From Paraphysomonas bandaiensis (lineage: Eukaryota; Protista; Chrysophyceae): DNA of 64,000 nucleotides. The stretch is from contig CBFFRP010000397.1 in NCBI GenBank assembly GCA_965644295.1, positions 62,001 to 126,000 on the forward strand, given 5' to 3'. The notes beneath the pieces are model-generated. The model did not search any database. It saw only the letters and a program-made list of their open reading frames with translations, and had not been told where the DNA came from. Positions 36,668-50,900 of this stretch are shown one piece after another (within the stretch, counting starts at the first letter, position 1; the number at the start of each line of letters is the position of its first letter). The position numbers and the translations under genes are program-made.

Positions 36668-39581
36668 TTAGCCCATGTTAGCAAAAACTTTCATACCATC
36701 CCGACTCAGATCACTGGAGGATATTAGATTTCCTGGAGGGATTATTTTCGTTCTCTTGTTGCAATCGTTGCCCTCAATATTAGATACATATACTTGGGCG
36801 CCAGACCAAGACACAGTCGGCATGAGTGCATTCTCCTCAGCGACCTCCACAGTGAAGCTATCCACCCCGCGCTCTCCCATTCCTTCGGCGAGGTCCTTCT
36901 GTATCCTTTCACGCATACCTTTCAGAAGAGATGTCTTGCCCACAACAACGACGTTCTTACAAATCTCACGTCGCACCGAATCGTCAACTGCTTCAACACA
37001 GGAAAGAATCACGTCTATCAGACTACTCTCATCCTGGCAACCCTCGTGAAGAAATGGTGCGAAAAGTACTTCCGGGCAGTAGAAGAGCTCCCGATCAACA
37101 GACATAGTCATTTGTGTCCCATCGGGCAGCTCAAAAGATTCTTTCACCTGTATGTCCGCAGTCGCGTCCGTGGTACATGACCGAATATACCTCAATTCAC
37201 TGTCACCTGCTGCTTCCATTACCTCGGTGTATTCGAAACTAAATCTCCCGTATATCTCCACCCAATGCTCAAACGAAGGAGCTACAAAAGCATGTTTCTG
37301 CTTCACCTCGCGCGCAAGATGCTGCCGTCTTCGAGGAAGCTGTGAACTGTACTGCTCCAATCCTTGAGCGTCTATCAAAGACTCCATGAACTCTGTCAAA
37401 TGCTCACCACCAACTTTGCTTGACTTCAAGCAGTGAAGCATCGCGTAGTTTTCGAAAACAGGTACAGCAGTTGTGGACCGTGACCCTATGTCCACCACAA
37501 GACAAGAGTCTTTCTGACTACCAGCAGCAGCCAGCACAGGTTCATTCATGAAGCACGCCACTGGAATGTTACATTGGTCAAAAAGCACGTCTGTAAAAAT
37601 CTTAAAGTTCTCAGGCTTATAATCCAGCTTGTATGATACCAGAACCTGTGTGTCACCATCTACCTGAAACTCGTCATCACAAGAGTTCTCCATGCAGTGC
37701 TCGATGAGTAGAGCGAACCCTTTGGTATCGGCAACATGGCCGCTGTATGGCATGGGGTAGGAAAGCTGTAGAGCACCCCGTAGGCCAGCATCGGGGTGGG
37801 AAAATGCACAATACCAAGCGTCTTTACCTGCAAGCGCGTTCTTTTCTCGAAATGAGTCATACATAGCTGAGGCAAGAGTGGATGCCCCGCGAGTTAGGTC
37901 GACAGCGCTTATATTGGGGTTACGGGGACGGGCTATTACAGATGGACATTCAAATCTACAGCGACATATCAGCAACAAATATTAAGAACTAGGCTGTGAT
38001 CTATACCTAAGGGAGAAGGTATGATTGTTGAGGTCCCATATTCCTACCCTGGTTGTGAAGCTCCCAATTTCGATCATCATGAGAGGGCTCTGAAGTGAGA
38101 GTGTAGTGACTGAACCTTCACTGCGTAATTCCGATGATGCAAATGGAGGATCCGGGAGGCTGTCAGCGGGGTTTTGCTGCTTCAGTCGCAATTCAAGGGC
38201 AGATATTATGTTTCGAGACTCCAACAACATCTTCGACTTCACAGCAAGTTCTTCCCGAAGCTTTTCTGTACTCTCCCCAGTAGGTTCGTTTGACATATTA
38301 TTGCGGATTATTTCACGGAATTTATCTAGCTGCACAAGAGCAATATTTAGTCGCTGCTCCAATGCTTCATTTGACGTATTCTTTTGATCATCTACCTGCG
38401 CCTGAAGAACTTTCACACGTGCCTCGCTCTCATCCACTGCCTTCTGTAGCTTCAATACCGTGTTGAGATGCATTGTCATTTGATCCTCTCTCTCCGTAAT
38501 CTCCTCCGTATGGCGGTCTTCGATAGCCTTCACGTCCTCAGGAGATACCCAGGTAGTCTTGCTATCCAGTTTTGTCTTCATCTCCTGTACTTTATCCAAG
38601 AGTGAGTTGCGTTCGGCCTCCAATTCTGCTACTTGAGTCTGTACTGCATCGGATGGATCCTGTTTCCCCTCAGCACGGAGGTCCGCCTCAAAAGCAGCTA
38701 TTCGCTCGCGAGCATCGCGGACCTCAACTTCCAGCGCTCTCATGCCTCTGTATAGCAACGTAAAAACACACACTTAACTACAGCACCCGCACGCTGGATA
38801 CACTAGGATTGTACAAGTAGCTTCAGCATTAAATACAATATAATATCAGAACATAAAGCAGGAATACTCACGCTTCAGCAGCGCCTTCTCTAGAGCGGGA
38901 CACTTCTAGTTCCTCCTCTAATTTTTTAATTCTTTCTGCAGTTGTATCACTCAAGGCCGCCCGATTATCCGCTTCCAGTTCCAATTCCCCGATACGTTTG
39001 GACTGCTGATAACACTCGAGCATTTTCTCCTCCTTAAAAGTGTCATACTCCAGACGCAAAGATTCGTACTTCTGTTGTAAATTCGAAAATACATCACTGG
39101 CACCATTCCCATTTTCAGAAGTGGAGGATACGCAGATATCACTTGCCCATGATGTTCTATCACACAACTGGTTCAATCCAGTACAAAGGGCATGAAGTGT
39201 CAACACAATATCTTTATGAGAAAATTTTTTTGAATTCGTTAATGATTCCACAAGAAATGATAAATATTTTCTAATAGTAGAGGAGTCCTTATTCGAATGA
39301 TCACGGAGCTGTTGCACATCATCCACTAAACAACTTTGCAATTTTATAAGTTGATGTGATCTCCAGTCACTTCCCAGAAAATAACTAATTGACTCACATA
39401 CAGTGTCAGGTAATTGACATGGACTATGAGTGTTATTTTCCGGTGATTCTACTGATTTCAATGCACCCTACATATATATATATAGTTATAAACGAGTACA
39501 GGACACAGTATATTTAATTATTACATAACAGAGTGCCTCTATACTCAGAAGAGGGTCCAGGATATGATCAATAGAAGACAT
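36668..39581 (-). CDS. Divergent actin-related protein with a long N-terminal coiled-coil extension (4 exons)
   Basis: PLMMIEIGSFTTRVG (actin phosphate-1-like), EPVLAAAGSQKDSCLVVDIG..TTAVPVFENY, VGGEHLTEFM, FELPDG, FYCPEVLF, NVVVVGKTS, SWSGA. In-frame intron 37956-38006 links the actin fold to upstream heptad-rich exons. Start at ATG 39581 is inferred. Confidence 0.8.
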
Positions 39582-39674
39582 TTGATATCACAGTCCCGCA
39601 ATAGTTTAGTTATCTTACTAAATCTATAAATATGGATATGACGAACTCAAATATGATGCATCGTTATGATATGC

Positions 39675-40184
39675 ATGTATGTATGTATGTATGTATGTAT
39701 GTATGTATGTATGTATGTATGTATGTATGTATGTATGTATGTATGTATGTATGTATGTATGTATGTATGTATGTATGTATGTATGTATGTATGTATGTAC
39801 TGTATGTATGTATGTATGTATGTATGTATGTATGTATGTATGTATGTATGTATGTATGTATGTATGTATGTATGTATGTATGTATGTATGTATGTATGTA
39901 TGTACGTATGTATGTATGTATGTATGTATGTATGTATGTATGTATGTATGTATGTATGTATGTATGTATGTATGTATGTATGTATGTATGTATGTATGCA
40001 TGTACATGTATGTATGTATGTATGTATGTATGTATGTATGTATGTATGTATGTATGTATGTATGTATGTATGTATGTATGTATGTATGTATGTATGTATG
40101 TATGTATGTTTATAGGGAGGTATGTATGTATGTATGTATGTATGTATGTATGTATGTATGTTTGTAGGGAGGTAGGTAGGTATG
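39675..40184. repeat. ~500-bp (TATG)n microsatellite
   Basis: Long, nearly pure TATG array with a few interruptions. Explains the YVCM/HTYI pseudo-ORFs. Confidence 0.98.
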
Positions 40185-40393
40185 TGTACGTCGGAACGTG
40201 GCAGCGGTGTACATATACTTGTATGTAGATATTTGACTCTATCTTGCTATGTAGTTATATCTCATCACTTACCAGGGTTACAACCCTATACTACACCCTG
40301 TAAGATATACTAATCATAATGATCTGCTATACACAACCTGTGTAGCTTATTCCATCGTTCAATTAGACTTTAACAGTTTAAATAATATCATCT

Positions 40394-43300
40394 ATGAACA
40401 TATTTGGAGCAGCAGAGCAGAGAGCCCCACAACATCATCATGATGTCGTTAGAATCGATAGAACGACTGGGTATATTATTCCCTGTATATTATATCATTA
40501 TCTGAGTTTTGTGGTGTTAGATTTGTTGAGTTTCCTCAACCGGGTGACTCTAAGAAACACTTACTTCCTGTATATGATGATCCAGAGGAAGTAAAACCTA
40601 ATCTCGCCTCGCTACAGGCTGAACTCCAACATCATAAGGAAGGGAAAGAAGACTACTGGATGCCGGTAAGTGTTACAATGGTATTATGACCACGACTCTT
40701 TGATGAGGTGGACTGTATGGCAGGACAAGTTGTGCAAAATATGCTATTCCTGTGAGGTTCCGTTCACCATGTACCGACGGCGACATCACTGTCGCATGTG
40801 TGGCCAGGTATTCTGTAACCCTTGCTCGTCCTTTTACATTGAGCTGGAGTCTGGTACTCAAGGCCCAGTGCGGAGCTGTCGATTGTGTTTCGAGCAACTA
40901 GGAGAGATATATGACAGAGACCTCAAGGCTCCACCAAAGCGACGCACGGTCAGTGGGCCCCGACGTCCTGAATTACAAGTCTATGGAGATCCAGGGAGCC
41001 GCTCTAATTCATCCGTTTGTAATGACGATGCTTCCTATGATAATGGATCCGGTCAAGGCCAGAGGTTTTTCGAAACAGCGGAGTCTCGTGACAGACATGT
41101 GGGAAATTTACAGACTCGCGCCTCCCTTCACCTGGAAGCAGTGGTGAGCTTCCTAGTAGATAACGCCAACAATATCGCGCCTGGATCGAAAGGAATATGG
41201 AAGGGTATCATTGTTCAGCTGGTACGGGAGGTAGTGGCGTACGTGGATCCGGATGTGAGAGCTGGAGACAGTCTCGATATACGCCCGTATGTCAAGCTGA
41301 AGATAATACCAGGTGGACCCTTGGAGGACAATAAGTTCGTCAATGGGGTGGTCTTTCGTAAAAATGTTTCTCACAAACGTATGGGTATGCCACGTGAAAA
41401 TCCTCGAGTTCTTCTTTTGGGTGGGGGGATTGATTTTCAACGTGAGGATCACCGACTGTCCTCTTTGGATACTTTGATCGAGCAGGAAGACCGATATACA
41501 GAGATATTAGTAGAGAAGATTATGACACTGAAGCCGGATATTATTCTTGTTGGTCGGTCAGTTGCAAGAAAAGCACAGGAAATGCTATGCGAACAGAATG
41601 TTGCTGTGATGCAGAGTGTTAAATTGAGTTTGCTGGAGAGAATCGCACGCATGACTGGGGCTATAATGCTGCCCTCAACAGACCACATGATACAGCAGTA
41701 CGGGGAGGAATGTCTGGGCAGCTGTGACAGATTTTGGCTTCAAAAAGTAGTGGTCTCTGAAGCTGTGGATGGAATGAGTATTAGACAACCTTCAGCCAAT
41801 CTGAAGCGCATTACGAAAAACCAGAGAGGTGTCACATATGCATATCTAGAAGGCTGCCCTCCTGAACTCGGTGGTACAATCATACTCCGAGGGGCCTCAA
41901 GGAAGACACTGAACGACGTGAAGAACATTATCAGCTATGGGATTATGCTAGCCTATCATCTGAGACTTGAGGTCTCGTATTACACGGACAGATGTGGGCG
42001 GTTGCCCGAGTCTCCTGATATCTCAAAGTCAGACTATGAAAGCGATGATGATTTATTCGACCCGTTATCTGATTCACAAGATGGGGGTGGTGTGGGGGCT
42101 GTGTTAGGCAATGAAACACGGCGAGGACTTCTTTCTGCCTCATTAGACGTCGACATTAGCCTTCCTTACCGACAGGAAATTTTGGGGATGTCGGATGAAG
42201 CTCCTTTCTCACGTGCTGCGATAGAAAGTGTTAGTCCGCAGGATTACCAAACACTGTTAGTGACCTCACTGTTGATGACACACAGTCGCGCACAGAGGTC
42301 TAGAGCTGAAGTGAAGGGTATTCGATTTTACACCGCTCAGGATGTAGCACTTGGTCAGTTTCTTGTTGAGAGCTGCTTCCAGTTAACGCCTGGTCGACAG
42401 AATAATGGACGGATCATGATGATGGACCATACGCTTAGTTTTATACATCGTCCCGGGCGTGTGGATATCTCTGTCAGCCGTACCGCAGCAGAGCCTGGGG
42501 TGTCATCTGCACCCACCAATGTGCCCAGTGGCAGTAATCAAGGTGATGATACGGCCACATGGTCTCGGGACCCACTTAGGAGTCCAATCAGAGTACACTC
42601 ATATTGTAAGGAGTGTCAGGCTGTAGTAACTCCTGATGTTATGCTGTCGGATGAAACTTGGAAAATGAGCTTTGGAAAGTTTCTGGAGATTACTTTTTAC
42701 AATCGTAGTGCACGGTGTCGTACTGGTGGATGCTCGCACTTTCTACGGGATGATCATGTGCTATTCTTTGTTTGTGAGGGTTACTCTGCACGATTCGAGT
42801 TCGTCCCAATGCACCCGTACTCCCTGCATGTGCGAAACTCGCTCACACTACCATCGATGTTTCATGACGCAGTGGTGCTTAACTTTCTTAATGAGTACTC
42901 AGTACAGAGTAGTCGTCTTTTTGAGGATTTCAGAGGCGCCCTGAAGGGCCTAGAAAAGATGGTCCGGGATGTCCTTGGCAGTAGACCTGAGGTTATGTCT
43001 ATTGCCCTTGCTGACATCGCCGCCATCGAGCAAGATATTGAAAAATCTATCACTGAACAGGCCGAGGAGGTAAACACTGTAATGGACATTATGTCAGGCA
43101 GCAGAAGCAAGCAGCAGAGCGTGGACGAAGGTGGGTGTCGCGACAGACAACTGATGCAACTCACGAAGAAATTCCCTCTCCGGCTGCGGAGAGATCTGAT
43201 GCATAAAGCATCGCAATGGAATATGAGTATTGAAGTGGTTCACCGTTTTATTGACTCATTAGAATCCTTGTCTCAGCAACCTTCGAGCAGCGGCAATGGG

Positions 43301-45698
43301 ACTGAACTGCCGGATGATGATGACCTACTTACGCTACGCGCCTCATTCATGAACCTATCTGTTTCTGGACTTTCCGGTAAGTCGTATAGTTTTATTGCGA
43401 AATTGTGTGACTGTGAGACACAGCGGAAGACACAGAAGATAAAGACTCTGTGGTTGCTTCGCTTATTCGCAACACCAGCATTGCGGTAGAAGAGGGGATT
43501 CCAGCTATATCACAACTGGTTGACGATTTCACTGCGTATCCTGTCCCTGCAGGGGATGATAAACGCAGCAGCACCATTGCAATGGATGAAAAGCGCGGAA
43601 GTACTGTTATGGACAAGCGTGGAGGTAGTAGTAGTAAGAGTTCTATGTCGCTCAGCAATGAGGACAAGCGAGCTAGTACTCGTATTACGAAGGCTTTCCA
43701 GCGTTTCATGGGCAAGGAAAATGTGAAACGCGCCGAATTTGCGGTAGATCTATCGGAATTTTCAGGTGGTAGGCTTGGTTTAAGACCAGGACGGACTGGA
43801 GAAGTAATTGGTGTTGTTGAGGAGGAACTGTCGACCGTCATCGCATATTCTCTGGCCTCACAGGAGTACTACAATCAAATTCAGTCCTTTCTGAAAGAGG
43901 GCTCAAGTGATCTAATTGTGAAGGACAGGCCTTACAGCAGCAAGGGTGATATACTGTCCAGTCCCGCTGATTTCACTGACGAACAGCGAGATATTCCTGG
44001 TGCAGTGGAGCAAAAGGACACATTCGATGCTGCTGTGGAGGATAGACAGCCAGTAGATAGTGGGCAGGAGAGCAACTTACAAGATGAGCCTGCGTCGTCT
44101 ACAGGCGATGCTGCACAGGGGAAATTGAAGAAAGCAGCTTCTTTTGCTAAGTTCTCTCACTTAGTTAAACAACACGACGAACCATTTTTGAAGATGCACC
44201 CTGCCTCGGAAGATGATCCTCCGGAGCAGTCTGAGGAGGATCAAGAGGTTCGAGCAGAGGATCCTCTTCATTTCATGCACTTTAACACAAGCACTGTGAA
44301 CTTTGAGAGCCAGGGGGCAGGTTACCTCTCTTCGCCAGTTCACGACAGCCAGGGTGTAATAACTTCGGCAACATCTCCAGAGGAGAGCCCCAACGCTCAG
44401 ACGGCGGCGACGGCGGTTGTCTCACAGGAGCCCCTTGAAGAGACATCGAGTCCTGGCCTTTCTCGGCAGACCAGCACGACATCTATGAATGCATCACGGG
44501 AAGCGATTATGATATCCCAGCGTAAAACCCATATAAAGCATCGTTTCAGTGATATTGACGACAAGAACAATATTACATGCAAGTTCATTTGTCATTCCTA
44601 CTGGGCAACACAGTTTCAAGCTCTACGTGCTGAATTTTTGGATGACGACGACGACGAAGGATATATTCGATCCCTTTCTCTGGCGTCTCGGTGGAATGCA
44701 CAGGGGGGAAAAAGTGGAGCATCTTTTTCGCGCACAACCGACAATAGATTCGTTGTCAAGCATATCACTCGTACAGAACTACAGATGTTTCTTGATTTTG
44801 CACCGGCATACTTTGAGTATATGGCGAATACCTTCTATCATAAGCTTCCTACCGCATTGTGCAAGATCCTGGGCGTTTATCAGATTGGATACCACAATAA
44901 GGTGACTGGAAAGAAAGTTATGGAGCAGGTAGTTGTCATGGAGAATTTGTTTTTTGAGGTAAGCAATGTGGCGTTAAATGAGTCGTTCTAATCTTGCACA
45001 GAGAAATATTACCCGCACGTTCGATCTCAAGGGCAGTAGTAGGGCGAGGTATGTAGATATGGTTGGGGAAAACGGAGAGAAGGTTGATGATTTGGATGCG
45101 GTAAGTATCAGTGAGATATAGATGATTGTTTCTTAAATACTTTATTATATTAGTTTCTATTGAAGACGAGGAGATTTCGCCAACATAAAGGACCCCAACC
45201 CGTACGGGCTGATGCCAATAAAGTAAGCTGAGTAATGCAAAATTTCTCTTTTGTACTGACAATAATTTGAAGGTGTGTATGGATGACAACCTGATGGAAC
45301 TCACTAAGGGCCGTCCGCTTCCGCTAAAACATAAGGCAAAGGTATGACAGCAGCGACCTATATGACGTTTGCTCACATTATGTGATGTGTAGGTTCTGTT
45401 TCATAAGGCAGTCATGAACGACACGTTATTCCTATCCATGATAAATATTGTTGACTACTCCATACTTGTCGGAATAGACGAAGATTCACACGAGCTGGTC
45501 GTTGGAATCATTGACTACATGCGCCAATATGACATCATTAAGAAGATGGAAAGAATGGGTAAATCGGTGGGCACGATGATTGCGGGACAGGCAGAGCCCA
45601 CTGTCATACAGCCACCGCAATACAGAAAACGCTTCCAAGTGGCAATGGATAGATATTTTATGACTGTTCCAGATAAGTGGATTGTGAATGATATATAG
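40394..45698 (+). CDS. FAB1: 1-phosphatidylinositol-3-phosphate 5-kinase (FAB1/PIKfyve), multi-exon
   Basis: FYVE (YWMP|DKLCKICYSC...RRRHHCRMCGQVFC...RSCRLC), CCT-like domain (YVKLKIIPGG, GVVFRKNVSHKRM), WKMSFGKFLE, and PIP kinase domain (QGGKSGASF, FDLKGS, IVDYSILVG, GIIDYMRQY). Confidence 0.96.
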
Positions 45699-46396
45699 TT
45701 GCTCAGCAGAATGTATTGTGATATATTTTGGCTGTCAATAAATAACTAGTAATCGTAGTATGCACGCGGTGGTGTGCTGTTGGTGTATACCTAACTATTA
45801 ATGATGTAGTCAGTTAAACATTGTAACAATGATTCACCTAAACTGAAATATCATGTCACCCAACAACAACAAAGTGTATAAATTTAAGCAATTTAGAAGT
45901 AAGTTTATCTGAATTACAGTACTTGATACTTTCTGTGTATTTCTCCAGTATCAAGTAGTTTTTAGACTAAATTGGGGTGCATTGTTGTTATTTTAAATAC
46001 TCGGGCATGAGACAATAAGTCTTTTTTACGGAAATCTCCTAGCTCAAGAAGTAAAAAAATAATACTGTGCTAATACTTGTTCCGATAGAAAGTATACATA
46101 TCACAACATTGAGTAACACTGCACAACAGCGAGGAGTACTAACACCTATAATATCAAAGATATCTACTCTTTTATAATCAGATATATATGTCTAGACTAC
46201 TACTACTTCATTGTAAACTTTTTATTTAGGTATTACTGAATTCTAATCTGCTTAAGAGACTCTTAAATTATACTTGTAATAGCACAATACTGACTGAATT
46301 ATGTTAGAAGTGATACTGTAATATTGTGATGTTGTAGCACTGTGATTGTGAAGACACATCATAGCCAAGGCTTCCAGGACGGACAACTATGATCTC

Positions 46397-47908
46397 ATGA
46401 TATCATTCACGCTACCAGAGCACAAATTGGATACCACGCACAGCGCCCTACTAGTTGCCCAGCATCTCGCGAATGGCAACAAACCCTGGGCAGACTCCAC
46501 TCATGTTGTATCTAGGCATGTGCGGACCCTTTGCCTGACAAAGGGTATTCCCTCAACAGCCACTGTTAGTCTCCGTAAGACACTCATGCAATATGAATCC
46601 TCGACTCCACACACAGGACTACATCTAGACACGGAGGATTTCCAACTGCTACTCGATCTTCTCTCCATACCATACAGACTATGGGACGCTGTTCAACCGC
46701 ACCTGGCGCCTGGTTGGGCACAGCTGTCACCATTCTCCAGACAGGCACTAACAGTGCACGCTTCTACCAACACTGTGGTAACCCATGACATCATACGCAG
46801 CCAGCATGGGTTTCACATACTCAATGCAACAAATATCCCCACCTGCATCATGCACGCTCTAACACGGACTCAGGAGCGGCTATCCTGTTTTCTACAACAC
46901 CAGACCTCCAGACAGAGCACCAATATCCTCTGGACTTCTGAGCCGTCAACTGTACCACCTATGCTACATGAGCACAGAGAGCAACAGGAACAGAGGGAAG
47001 TAATTGCAGTCTCCTTGTCACCGAGAGCTCGACGTCAACTACGACAGATGAACCCCACGGACCGTCGACAACTCAGGCTCCATATGTGCGACATGAGCAG
47101 AGTCTACCGCCTCACCCTCAGACCCTCAGCCCTTCGCACACAACAACATATCCCTAGTGATGGGTACTGCGCATACAGCACACTCTATCATCTGCACATT
47201 CTTGCTTCAAGCAGGCGACACACTCGCTCCTGTCTGAAATTAGACCTCAAACAACGCAAGGACCGTCACACGCTAGCATCTTTCATAAATACATTAGGCA
47301 CCCAAGCGTTCGACATAATGCAATGGGAGTGCATGGCCCATCACACACTTCAGCCACTACGACATAAGTTAGATCACGCACAGGCCGCACTTTTAATACC
47401 TACTAAAACAACATACACTACGGAAGACGACATAACTCACTGGCTCTCAGTGCGAGAAGTCCACCTTTTAGCCTCTACTATCAACCCCTGCACGACGTGG
47501 GCGCAAAATGGTAATTACCTCAGCATTGTAGGCATCCCTACTGACAAAGTAGCTTATAACATCGCATGGAAGGTGGACGAACTTAGGGACGCTATTCGTG
47601 ATAACTACTACCATGTCATACTACAAGATGCTCACTACTTCCTCTTAGACCCTGCCGGTCTTTCTACTGCCCTAGACAACGCCCTACTATCTCTTGAAAA
47701 CACCTTGGCCACCAGTATACTCTCAACGGCTGACCCCATCGCTCCACCTACACTCCCCGCGGACTCAATCACGAACAACAATAGGACATCAAAGATGACC
47801 AGCACCAGAACAACCTCGTCAAGCAGCACCAAGTTAGCACGAACAAATCGACAGATTCTGCAGGCTTCAACCCTGGAGCACTACCATCGCACAAGAAGAT
47901 GCAGTTGA
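46397..47908 (+). CDS. LINE upstream ORF (N-terminally truncated) with an OTU-like cysteine protease domain (~47140-47650)
   Basis: QHIPSDGYCAYSTL matches the OTU Cys motif (IPxDGxC); HWLSVREVHLL resembles the central W-loop helix; HVILQDAHYFLL supplies the catalytic His motif. Confidence 0.7.
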   Translation: MISFTLPEHKLDTTHSALLVAQHLANGNKPWADSTHVVSRHVRTLCLTKGIPSTATVSLRKTLMQYESSTPHTGLHLDTEDFQLLLDLLSIPYRLWDAVQPHLAPGWAQLSPFSRQALTVHASTNTVVTHDIIRSQHGFHILNATNIPTCIMHALTRTQERLSCFLQHQTSRQSTNILWTSEPSTVPPMLHEHREQQEQREVIAVSLSPRARRQLRQMNPTDRRQLRLHMCDMSRVYRLTLRPSALRTQQHIPSDGYCAYSTLYHLHILASSRRHTRSCLKLDLKQRKDRHTLASFINTLGTQAFDIMQWECMAHHTLQPLRHKLDHAQAALLIPTKTTYTTEDDITHWLSVREVHLLASTINPCTTWAQNGNYLSIVGIPTDKVAYNIAWKVDELRDAIRDNYYHVILQDAHYFLLDPAGLSTALDNALLSLENTLATSILSTADPIAPPTLPADSITNNNRTSKMTSTRTTSSSSTKLARTNRQILQASTLEHYHRTRRCS

Positions 47909-50900
47909 AACACGCCCAAACTGCGTTGACAAGTCGATGCCAGCCAACCCGGAAAGCCAAAAAGGTCGTAAATTACGATGAAAGTGACCAACCAACGAAC
48001 CTTCACAACTCACACCCAACCACGACCACACGAACGATCAGACCAACTCCAGCACTAGATACCACCGGCTGGGACAGGGACTGGTCAAGAAAGTTCTACA
48101 TTGCGTACGCCGATAACACTGCCAAAGGACTATCCCTTTATGCGAAGAACACATTCCCAGCAGACGTCATCATTGCTGAGTACAAAGGCAAACGCTATCC
48201 ACTAACAAAGATGAGTCAGTCTACAAGGCGTTCTGATTACATAGTTCAAGACAGTACTGGTACCTTCGCAATAGATGGCTTTGACCAAGTCCGACAATGT
48301 GTAACATGCGAAGCTGGGTATATTAATGACCCCCTAGCCACAAATATGGCTAATGTCAAGTTTGTCACGAAAAATAAACGCCTCTATGTCCGTACAATAC
48401 GTTCCATTGCTAAGGATGAAGAACTTCTCATCAACTACGGACATCATTATTGGTGTGATCAACGCTGGCCACTTGAGATATTAATCCAAGCCAGGGCTGC
48501 GTACGACAGCGACATAGGCGGTGCCAATATAGCAGTATGGGACAGACTCCTTGCAGACAAGAGTGGAACTCCTACAGAGACCTCCAGCAGCATCCCCAAG
48601 GATCCCTCGGGAGCAGCCATGGGACTCCGACTCTCCACATGGAACACAAATGGCAATCCGGCATCACACACAGGTAAAGCCCAAGCTATCATCCGACACT
48701 TTAAGCGGCAAAAATTGGACGTGCTCCTATTACAGGATGTCCGTCTAACAGAAACTCAGGCCAACTTCTTCACGCGTATCATCGAAGATGCACTCCAGGG
48801 AACAAGAATATGCCTCTTCCTCAGCAAGCAGCCAAAACTGACTTCAAGAGACCCACTAATGGGGGGTACAGTAGTCATAATCAGCGAATACTGGAAGCGC
48901 CGTCTCGCCTTCACAAAGGCTGACTTTACGGGACTTGGTTTAGTGAGCCGACTAGAGTTCAAAACGTCGGTGGCGCACACCCTAGTACTAATAAGCGTCT
49001 ATCTACCCCCGAAGCCATCCACGCCAGGCACTTGCACATTATGGAGCAAATTGACCAAGCTAGGGAGAGCGTCCCGTGGTATCTGTACTGCTGACCCCTA
49101 CAAGCTCCTATGCAACATCCTTACGAAATGGGTCACTAAAGCCAGAGCCAAGGACCATACTGTCATTGTCGCCGGCGACTTCAATGGCTCCATGGAGACA
49201 AATCCTAAAGGCAGAGACATACGACCACTTGCCGACAAACTCCAACTGGCTGCACCACTCCATGAGCTTCTCCTACCCAGGAAAACATATCATACCTTCC
49301 ACAGATTAGACAAAGGAATATCGCGGATCGATCATATTCTACACACGCCGTTACCTCCGAACATGTCTGTTACGGACACTGGCTGCCTTGACTCCCCCTC
49401 ATTACTCGCAGCAGCCTTCGATCATCGACCGGTCTGGGTCGGTTTCACCGTACCAGTCAATCTTGACCCTCGACCACCTGAGTCGCACCTCCGAATCCCC
49501 CCCCGTCTCAATGTAAACCCGAAGGACTCCAAGGAAGTACAGGCATACACCGCAAGACTCCTCCAACTTCATGCACAACTACCACATTTCGACAACGGAT
49601 CGACTACCATACTCCCTCCTGAGGTGGCAGCCAACAGACTAGCGGCCATCCATCACATAACCCTCCAGGCTTCGCTTGAGGCGAAGCGTCCTGCATGTAC
49701 ACATAGCACACGCCTACACGAACGTTGTCAGCGCACACGCTCAAAGTTCAAGAATGGCTTTTCCCCGGAAATGAGAGTAATACAGGAAGGAATGCTCATG
49801 GTTTTGCGGATTATCCAAAAGATGTTCAATTCTGCTGGATACAAACGGCATGGATGGCGCGGCCCCCCGGCAACCTCCCCCACCCACGAAATCATCACTG
49901 CATGGTTCGCCCGATGGGACTCCTATCTCAGGAGTTCTCAGGGTCACATCAAAGGCATATCGGACATCAACTTCTGGTGCAGCCACCGCAACGCGGACCC
50001 ACGAGTAATCCTGGGTTGGAACGAAAAGCAAGCCACCAAGAAAAACCTTCTCCGAATTGCCTTGCGACTGAGAGGACTTCTTCATGGAAGAGCCAGGACA
50101 GAAATGCGGACTAGACTCACGGCTCGCACCAAGCAGATGGAGGCACTGCTACAGCAGAAAAGACTTCAAGCAATTCTTCAGAAAATTGGTCTCAAGGTCA
50201 AAACACCACTCCGACTTACCACGGTGAAAACAACGGACGGACACATCCTCACAACGCCGCAAGACATTCATGAAGGCATTAATGCGCACTTCCGTGAACA
50301 TCATGCCAAACCTCCTGGACTTGACCCTGTAGCACAACAGCTCCAGGATGACCCTACATGGTGGAAATCACTTCTTGATCCGGGCTCAGCGACATGCCAG
50401 GAACCACTCCACCCCCGCTCGAAAATTCCTCTTCCCCTGCAACTGGGGTTACGACGGGCCCTTTGTACCAAGACCACTCCGGCCATGGCAGCCACACTCA
50501 AATCTACTCTTGCAAAAGACATCACCCAGGATGAATTCTACTGCACACTTCACTCTCTCTCCTTCAACCGCGCGCCTGGACCCTCAATGGTCTCCTCCAA
50601 CATGGTCAAATCCTGGCCACCGGTAGTTCAGCGAGAGGCTTACATCCTCACCAGATCTCTCTGGAAACATAAACATGTGCCCATTTGGTGGAGAGACAGG
50701 GTAATGTCTCCCATTCTCAAGAAACCAGGAGAATCCTCCCTCACTAATCTCCGACCGATTGGTCTGCTTGAAGTCAGTAGGAAAATATTAACAAGGATAA
50801 TCACTCATAGAATTCTTACCGTATGGGAGGAACAGAAAGTTTTGCATCCGTCCCAGCATGGTTATCGCTGGAGGAACGGGACGGACACAGCGATACTACG

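Noticed and set aside
39624-40228. ORFs of YVCM/HTYI repeats
   Set aside because: Translations of the (TATG)n microsatellite; not coding, and not a CRISPR array (no spacers).
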